Of a stretch of 64,000 nucleotides of DNA, positions 55,280-64,000 are shown in pieces. Source of the stretch: Eledone cirrhosa (taxonomy: Eukaryota). The DNA lies in assembly GCA_964016885.1 (NCBI GenBank), contig CAXHJY010001125.1:208032-272031 (forward strand). The letters are read 5' to 3'. The notes beneath the pieces were generated by a model. That model did no database searches, was not told the origin of the DNA, and worked only from the letters and a program-made list of their open reading frames with translations. The stretch's first letter is position 1, and each line of letters starts with the position of its first letter. The translations under genes and the position numbers were made by a program.

Positions 55280-57590
55280 AGGATGGCAGAAACTGAGATG
55301 GACAAGAGAGAGGAATACAGGGGAAAAGGGCCAGGGGACGGCAGAAAAGGAGATGGACAGGAGGGAGGAATACAGGGGAAAATGGCCAGGGGACGGCAGA
55401 AAAGGAGATGGACAGGAGGGAGGAATACAGGGGAAAAGGACCAGGGGATGGCAGAAAAGGAGATGGACAGGAGGGAGGAATACAGGGGAAAAGGGCCAGG
55501 GGACGGCAGAAAAGGAGATGGACAGGAGGGAGGAATACAGGGGAAAAGGGCCAGGGGACGGCAGAAAAGGAGATGGGCAGGAGGGAGGAATACAGGGGAA
55601 AAGGGCCAGGGGACGGCAGAAAAGGAGATGGACAGGAGGGAGGAATACAGGGGAAAAGGGCCAGGGGACGGCAGAAAAGGAGATGGACAGGAGGGAGGAA
55701 TACAGGGGAAAATGGCCAGGGGACGGCAGAAAAGGAGATGGACAGGAGGGAGGAATACAGGGGAAAATGGCCAGGGGACGGCAGAAAAGGAGATGGACAG
55801 GAGAGAGGAATACAGGGGAAAATGGCCAGGGGACGGCAGAAAAGGAGATGGACAGGAGGGAGGAATACAGGGGAAAATGGCCAGGGGACGGCAGAAAAGG
55901 AGATGGACAGGAGGGAGGAATACAGGGGAAAATGGCCAGGGGACGGCAGAAAAGGAGATGGACAGGAGGGAGGAATACAGGGGAAAATGGCCAGGGGACG
56001 GCAGAAAAGGAGATGGACAGGAGGGAGGAATACAGGGGAAAATGGCCAGGGGACGGCAGAAAAGGAGATGGGCAGGAGGGAGGAATACAGGGGAAAAGGG
56101 CCAGGGGACGGCAGAAAAGGAGATGGACAGGAGGGAGGAATACAGGGGAAAATGGCCAGGGGATGGCAGAAAAGGAGATGGACAGGAGGGAGGAATACAG
56201 GGGAAAAGGGCCAGGGGACGGCAGAAAAGGAGATGGGCAGGAGGGAGGAATACAGGGGAAAAGGGCCAGGGGACGGCAGAAAAGGAGATGGGCAGGAGGG
56301 AGGAATACAGGGGAAAAGGGCCAGGGGACGGCAGAAAAGGAGATGGACAGGAGGGAGGAATACAGGGGAAAAGGGCCAGGGGACGGCAGAAAAGGAGATG
56401 GACAGGAGGGAGGAATACAGGGGAAAATGGCCAGGGGACGGCAGAAAAGGAGATGGGCAGGAGGGAGGAATACAGGGGAAAAGGGCCAGGGGACGGCAGA
56501 AAAGGAGATGGACAGGAGGGAGGAATACAGGGGAAAATGGCCAGGGGATGGCAGAAAAGGAGATGGACAGGAGGGAGGAATACAGGGGAAAAGGGCCAGG
56601 GGACGGCAGAAAAGGAGATGGACAGGAGGGAGGAATACAGGGGAAAAGGGCCAGGGGACGGCAGAAAAGGAGATGGGCAGGAGGGAGGAATACAGGGGAA
56701 AAGGGCCAGGGGACGGCAGAAAAGGAGATGGACAGGAGGGAGGAATACAGGGGAAAAGGGCCAGGGGACGGCAGAAAAGGAGATGGACAGGAGGGAGGAA
56801 TACAGGGGAAAAGGGCCAGGGGACGGCAGAAAAGGAGATGGACAGGAGGGAGGAATACAGGGGAAAATGGCCAGGGGACGGCAGAAAAGGAGATGGACAG
56901 GAGGGAGGAATACAGGGGAAAATGGCCAGGGGACGGCAGAAAAGGAGATGGACAGGAGGGAGGAATACAGGGGAAAATGGCCAGGGGACGGCAGAAAAGG
57001 AGATGGACAGGAGGGAGGAATACAGGGGAAAATGGCCAGGGGACGGCAGAAAAGGAGATGGGCAGGAGGGAGGAATACAGGGGAAAAGGGCCAGGGGACG
57101 GCAGAAAAGGAGATGGACAGGAGGGAGGAATACAGGGGAAAATGGCCAGGGGATGGCAGAAAAGGAGATGGACAGGAGGGAGGAATACAGGGGAAAAGGG
57201 CCAGGGGACGGCAGAAAAGGAGATGGACAGGAGGGAGGAATACAGGGGAAAAGGGCCAGGGGACGGCAGAAAAGGAGATGGGCAGGAGGGAGGAATACAG
57301 GGGAAAAGGGCCAGGGGACGGCAGAAAAGGAGATGGACAGGAGGGAGGAATACAGGGGAAAAGGGCCAGGGGACGGCAGAAAAGGAGATGGACAGGAGGG
57401 AGGAATACAGGGGAAAAGGGCCAGGGGACGGCAGAAAAGGAGATGGACAGGTGATATTAAGGAATGGACAGGAAGGAGTTTGGTGGAGTGTACAGCAATG
57501 GTAAGAGACAGGAAAAGATGGAGAGTGCTGGTCCACGAGTCCATGACTCCCGACCCTCAGATATGAGGATGGGATGAGGCTAGGCTAATA
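55280..57590 (+). mobile_element. RTE LINE 3' end with a 55-bp segment amplified about 39 times (55280-57450)
   Basis: The unit encodes GKRARGRQKRRW and continues into DIKEWTGRSLVECTAMVRDRKRWRVLV, the RTE C-terminus. Confidence 0.85.
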
Positions 57591-57911
57591 ATAATAGCTT
57601 AGATGAGATATAGTTTAGGTTTGTGTCAGGATGTGGTAATCCTTATTCCTTCTTCTGAGAAAGAGTTAAAGGAATAAGTTCTTAGCAGAGGTGAAGAGTA
57701 TGATATATGCAGAAGACAGTAAGTGTGGCAGAAACTCGAGTATGGGTATAAATTTACGGTACCCGTTTACATGTGTTGTATTGAGTCAAATAACTTTGTG
57801 TCGACTCTGGGATTTATACAAAACTTTACCTATTGAGTATGCTGAGATGCAACCGGTATTAGCAGGGAAACCTTATGCTAGTCCCATTAACCTCTTATTA
57901 TATATATATAT

Positions 57912-58095
57912 TGGCGGTGGATTGGCAGTATGGGTAGAGGGTTGGACGCCATGCTTTCTAGCATAGTTACGTCCCTTTACAGTCTGAGTTCAAATCCCGC
58001 CGAGGTTAACTTTGCCTTTCATCCTTACGGGGTCGATAAAATACAGTACCAGTAATGTACTGGGTGATTGCTGGCCTTGGGCCTAAAGTAGAAAC

Positions 58096-58098
<3 letters not shown>
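57912..58098 (+). mobile_element. tRNA-derived SINE family B, full length
   Basis: ggcggtggattggcagtatgggtagag...gagttcaaatcccgcc, flanked by (TA)n. Confidence 0.85.
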
Positions 58099-58145
<47 letters not shown>

Positions 58146-58369
58146 AGAGTCAGGACCCCGACAGCTGAGCTAGGGCCATTTCGACAGCTAGATCCGAACA
58201 CATATTACCCACTCTACTACACTAAGTATTGAGTACTCTGGTGCGTTATGGTCTACCTGGTATCTTACTACATCTTCTTTGTTATATATATATGTGTGTA
58301 TGTGTCGGGTTCAATACGGTAACCACAGTTAGTAAGGTACTCAATACATTAGTAGAGTGTAAACATCAA

Positions 58370-58474
58370 GTTTAATATAGAAATGGCTTCTACAGGACTA
58401 GAACTGTTTTATTCGTGACGATTTCTTTTGAATGAAACAGTTCTAGTCCTGTAGAAGCCCTTTCTATATTAAAC
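58370..58474. repeat. Palindrome with 44-bp arms
   Basis: gtttaatatagaaa...tttctatattaaac, followed by (CA)(TA)n. Confidence 0.8.
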
Positions 58475-58909
58475 ACACATATATATATATATATATATAT
58501 ATCATCATCATCACCATTTTACATCTGTTCTTTCACGCTAGCATGGGTTAGACGGGTTGTCCTGTTGTGGGCAGTGTCCGGTCGGTTGACCTTGTCTTGC
58601 TCATACAGGAACTGATTCTAGCTTGATTTCTACAGCTGGATGCCCTTCCTAACACCAACCTCATTTACAGTGAGTGCTGGGTGCTTTTTTACTGTGGCGC
58701 CTACACGACCACTTTACAGTGTGGACTGGGTGCTTTTTTGTCATGACACCTACAAGATCACTTTACAGTGGCAGGGGAGTGGGGGTGTACTGTCTATATG
58801 CTTCAGCTTCGGCTTGTACCCATGGGAAGTTGGCTCTTCTGTGTGTGTGCGTGTGTGTGTGTGTATATGTATGTGTGTATATATATATATATATATACAT
58901 ATATATTAT

Positions 58910-59300
58910 CATCATTTTACGTCTGCTTTTCCCTGCTTGCAAGGGTGGGACAGGTCTTATTCAGCACAGCATCTCTCCTTCGTCATCTCCACCGTGAGCT
59001 TCAGCGATCTGCGGTCTGTTCTCACCACCTCCACCCATGTTTTTCGTGGTCTACCTCTACCACATCTTCCTTCAACTGGCATTTCCTGGCACTTCTTCAC
59101 CCATCGGTCATCCTCCATGCGCATCACATGTCCATACCACCACAGTCTCCTCTCTCGCACACTACATTCTATCCCTCTCAGACACAGTTTCTCTCTCAAC
59201 ACATCCATGCTGGGTCATTCACGCACATTGACATTGCACATCCAACGGAGCATGCTTGCCTCATTTCTCTCCAACCGTCGTATATCCTCTGCAGTTGCTG
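58910..59300 (-). mobile_element. RTE-like LINE 3' fragment
   Basis: LREKLCLRGIECSVRERRLWWYGHVMRMEDDRWVKKC...GRGRPRKTW. Confidence 0.88.
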
Positions 59301-59511
59301 TACTACATGCAGCATATATATATATATGCAGTTGCTGCACTACCATGCAGCATATATATATATATAAGTAAGTATGTTTTGAACAGTGAGCAGGTTTGAA
59401 ATTAGAAAATATATAGCTTTCACCGTATTTTTGACTAAAGGAATTTTAGCCTGATAATGGGGTTTAGAACCCTCAGATAAATGGAAAAAGATGAGTATTG
59501 ACGTATATATA

Positions 59512-59756
59512 TATTATAAAACAACAGGAGGCTGGACTGGTGCAAATCCCCAAAAGGCCTGTTACACTATGATCACCCCAATGACCGGGCTCAGCATGAT
59601 TCCGGGTGACACCATCAGGCACCCGAAACACAACAAAGGAATACAACAGACAAAATCTGTTGTGTTTCGGGTGCCTGATGGTGTCATTGGGGTGATCATA
59701 GTGTAACAGGCCTTTTGGGTATTTGCACCAGTCCAGCCTCCTGTTGTTTTATAATA
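59512..59756. mobile_element. Palindromic element, hypermutated paralogue of 36957-37090
   Basis: Inverted arms homologous to 36957-37090, with about 20 T-to-C differences on the plus strand. Confidence 0.75.
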
Positions 59757-59892
59757 ATTAACTCCGTACTCGCACCACCAACTACACAAACGAAGACGGG
59801 TGAGTTGCATTACATTGAGTACTCTCCATAATATTACATCGAGATTGACCATACGGAATGACCAGTTCTATCCAGTGGTGAACCAAATAACC

Positions 59893-59927
<35 letters not shown>

Positions 59928-60689
59928 TCATCATCATCATTTCATTTTACGTTCGCTTTTTCCCTGCTTGCAAGGGTGGGACGGGAACTGATGCTGGCTT
60001 GATTTCAACAGCTGGATGCCCTTCCTAACACCAACCACTCATTTACAGTGAGTGCTGGGGTGCTTTTTTTGCCGTGGCACCTCCACGACCACTTTACAGT
60101 GTGGGCTGGGTGCTTTTTTGCCGTGGCACTTCCACGACCACTTTGCAGTGGAATGATTTGGACCCCAGTCCCTATCATCTCATTTCTACAGCTGGGTAAA
60201 CTGGAGCAATGTGAAATAAAGTGTCTTGCTCAAGGAAACAACACATCACCCGGTCTGAAAATTGAACTCTCAACCTTTCGATTGCAAGGCAATGCTCTAA
60301 CTACTAAGCCATCTGCCTCCATATATATATATATATATATAGATATATATATATATATATATAAGTAAATATGATAGAATCAGAGATAGAGATGGAAAAC
60401 ATATATACTGCCATGATGAATCAATGTAATGGAGTCAGTGTAATAGAAGCAATGGCAATGGTTTCATGTAATTCTTCCTTTTCATCCCTTCAACTCATTT
60501 TTATAACATAGAAAATTAAAAAAAAAAGTTTATTTGACAACCCATAAACAAAAGATTCAAAGATATACAGTTTTAACCTCCTTAATCAGTTTTATTTCAA
60601 ACTATGACTAAAACCTGTTACACTTATCACATTCCAGTCTTTTTGTGTTTTTTTTCTTTCTATATCAAACATTAGATTATAGGTATTTA

Positions 60690-61270
<581 letters not shown>

Positions 61271-62062
61271 AGAGGTTTGGTTGTTATTTAGTCTCAATAA
61301 TGCAAACTTATTCAAAGGAATTCCAGACAGGATGTAAGCAGTACTGTCCCAAGTGTGTTCTTTCCTTAACATAGAAGGGTGTGGAATGAGGAAGGTTTAG
61401 CTGTTATTTCTAGCCTGTCGGGTGTCTCTAATAAGGCCCCTTTGTTGGTTCATTTATACAGATTTTATTTTTTATTATTTCCCACGATGGACAACTTGTT
61501 GAAACTACAATACGATGTGAGAAGATATCAGCTATGGAGTGTGTGTGTGTGGTGTGTGTGTGTTGTGTGTGTGTGGTGTGTGTGGGTGTGTGTGGTGTGT
61601 GGTGTGTGGTGGTGTGTGTGTGTATATATATATATATATAGATAGGCACATGGCTTAGTGGTTAGAGCCTTGAGCTTGCAATTGAAAGGTTGTGAGTTCA
61701 ATTCTCAGACCGGGTGATGTGTTGTTTCCTTGAGCAAGACATTTTATTTCACATTGCTCCAGTTTACTCAGCTGTAGAAATGAGATGATAGGGACTGGGG
61801 TCCCTATCATTCCACTGCAAAGTGGTCGTGGAGGTGCCACAGAAAAAAAGCACCCAGCACTCACTGTAAATGAGGTTGGTGTTAGGAAGGGCATCCAGCT
61901 GTAGAAATCAAGCCAGTCCCACCCTTGCAAGCAGGAAAAGTGGACATAAAATGATGATGATGATGATGATATATATATATGTGTGTGGGTGGGCGTGCGG
62001 GTAATTCCGAAGAAAAAGCAAAGGAAAAAAAGAGTGCTCTATGTATAGAACAGAGCTATTTA

Positions 62063-62250
62063 ATTAGAAAGTGAACAACACAATATATAACTACTCCATT
62101 ACCAAAGGTTTCTGGACCCTGGACAATACGCCTGGATCGTTCATCAGACAGAGATATCTGATGAACGATCCAGACGTATATTAGTATTGTCTGGGATCCA
62201 GAAACCTTTGGTAATGGAGTAGTTTTATATTGTGTTGTTCACTTTCTAAT
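62063..62250. mobile_element. Palindromic hammerhead-bearing element
   Basis: About 85-95-bp inverted arms, each with CTGATGA...GAAACCTTTGGTA. Abuts (GA)n. Confidence 0.65.
62156..62215 (+). ncRNA. Hammerhead ribozyme motif, with an inverted partner at about 62096-62149 (-)
   Basis: CTGATGA-AC-[GATCCAGAC...GTCTGGGATC]-CA-GAA-[ACC ttt GGT]-A. Stem I is truncated at the fold-back centre. Confidence 0.7.
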
Positions 62251-62378
62251 GAGAGAGAGAGAGAGAGAGTGTGTGGTGTGTGTGTGTGTGTGTGTGTGTG
62301 CGTGTGTGTGGTGTGGTGTGGTGTGGTGTGGTGTGGTGTGGTGTGGTGTGGTGTGGTGTGGTGTGTGTGGTGTGGTGT

Positions 62379-62415
<37 letters not shown>

Positions 62416-62949
62416 TTAGGTGTAGTTCACTCACTAAAATATTTCTAAAGACGGAACAGGATGAACGATACTCAATCATCCCATCCAGTGTAATTAAAGA
62501 GAGAGATGCTAAGGTATCTTCCTAAGTCCTCTCCATCCCCACACCCGGGGGGGGGGGGGGGTCTGAAGAGCCGGTGCCTATGACAGACGATCATAATGTT
62601 TTATCATAGGTAATATTGCCAAATTATTTTATTTCTCCCCAAGAAACAAATGAAAAATGAATCAGTTCTGGAATATAACTGCAGCAGATATTTTACTAAA
62701 ACACCGGTATCCGGTATGTATTTACTGGTTTCTATATAACGGTTTCTACGTTAGGCACAAGGCCAGCAATTACCCAGTACATTACTGGTACTTTATTTTA
62801 TCGACCCCGTAAGGATGAAAGGCAAAGTTAACCTTAGAGGGATTTGAAGTCAGATCATAAAGGGCCGTATATAATCCAAGAGAGCAATGTCAGGCCAAGT
62901 TAACGACGGTGTAGTGGGGTTTCTAACTCTCCAAATATCAGTTATCTCT

Positions 62950-63320
62950 CCGACATGTCTGCGGCCGGGCCGTGACAGTGGAAACTTCTAGTCTCATTGG
63001 CCCCCGGGTCACATGCCTGCTTACCATCATCGGCACAGAGTTAGCTACCCGTAGCAGTAGAGACTTCTGGTGTCCTTGGCGCTAGGGCCACCTCCCTGTT
63101 CACCACCATCGGCACAGAGTTGGCTACCCGTAGCAGTGGAGACTTCTGGTGTCCTTGGCCCTAGGGCAACCTCCTTACTCACCATCATCGGCACAGAGTT
63201 GGCTACCCGCAGGTGTGAGTCTCGTGAGCTGGAATGGCTCGGCTCTTCCAACACATCTCCCTCACCATACTCCGGGGCGACCAGCGCGTGTACCCCCATT
63301 TGCTCACAATAGTGAGGAAT
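62950..63320 (+). mobile_element. 3' fragment of a restriction-like-endonuclease (CRE-type) non-LTR retrotransposon
   Basis: PVAVETSGVLGPRATSLLTIIGTELA...RELEWL, then frameshifted QHISLTILRG. Resembles the CRE C-terminal P.A.ET.G..G...QR.S..IQRGN motif. Internal ~80-bp triplication. Confidence 0.65.
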
Positions 63321-64000
63321 GGGAAGAGCGAAAGAGACGGAGGCAGTGGGAGTTTGGTTCTTTTACGTTCGGACCTGGTTTATATGTATATATTTCACAC
63401 ATCTTAAGGGATTGTACAAGGGAAGAATAAAACTAAAGAGTCCCTTCTTCCAGTCCGATACCTTCTTATCACCAACCATTTTACAGAGTGTACCGAGAAG
63501 TTATATAAAAATTAGAGAAAAGCAAATTTATTTAACCTCTTGTGATTACCATGTCCCCGGTAACGGTCTACACATTGCCTTGATACTAGAATATTTTTTT
63601 ATGGAAAGGATAAGTGACTGTTAAAATAACTCCGGTACATTTTCTATCAAGGAATTAATTATTATGGACTTTGGTCAATTTAAGGGAAATGATTAAAGCT
63701 TGTTGGATGAAGTCACATGAAGTGTTTAGTCATAATAATGAGCATTGAACGTAATAATATTTATTATAAAAAGATATGTTGTATGAATTATAATTATTCA
63801 ATTGAACTTTGTAAAAATTTCTTCATCCGTTTAACATTTTTCATTCATCACACGTTATTTTTTTAGTATATACACTTAATTTATACAGTTGACTTTAAAA
63901 ACATTCGCCTCTCTTTCTCTTTCTCTAAAGGCACTCCCATTTTGAAGACATTGGTTCGGAATGTATGTTTAACAACATAAAACAACGCTACAATAACCCA

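Noticed and set aside
55175-57566. About 750-aa ORFs on both strands
   Set aside because: Stop-poor 55-bp tandem repeat derived from an RTE tail, not a gene.
57912-58000. tRNA gene
   Set aside because: The A and B boxes belong to a multi-copy SINE head and no cloverleaf is evident.
62563-62600. CTGAAGA possible hammerhead core (also CTGATGA near 51683)
   Set aside because: No stem II followed by GAAA.

Overview
AT-rich, repeat-dense animal genomic DNA. The SINE/RTE repertoire looks octopod/cephalopod (inference). One protein-coding gene is supported: 22 minus-strand GT-AG exons (9805-55232) of a VPS39/Vam6 orthologue (HOPS subunit). They splice into one continuous frame of 2255 nt. The first exon and the final exons were not found and probably lie outside the window. 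Almost all long ORFs in the track are translations of satellites. The introns contain tRNA-derived SINEs, RTE/CR1/CRE non-LTR fragments, piggyBac-, hAT- and Tc1/mariner-type MITEs, two Helitron-like elements and about 25 tandem arrays, many grown from inside a transposon. The most interesting signals are: (1) several families of microsatellite-adjacent, often palindromic elements carrying minimal type I hammerhead ribozyme motifs (Penelope/retrozyme-like); (2) one such copy that differs from its paralogue by about 20 same-strand A-to-G changes, resembling an ADAR-hyperedited RNA written back into the genome; (3) a decayed tandem duplicate of the 184-nt VPS39 exon. All coordinates and counts were read by eye.
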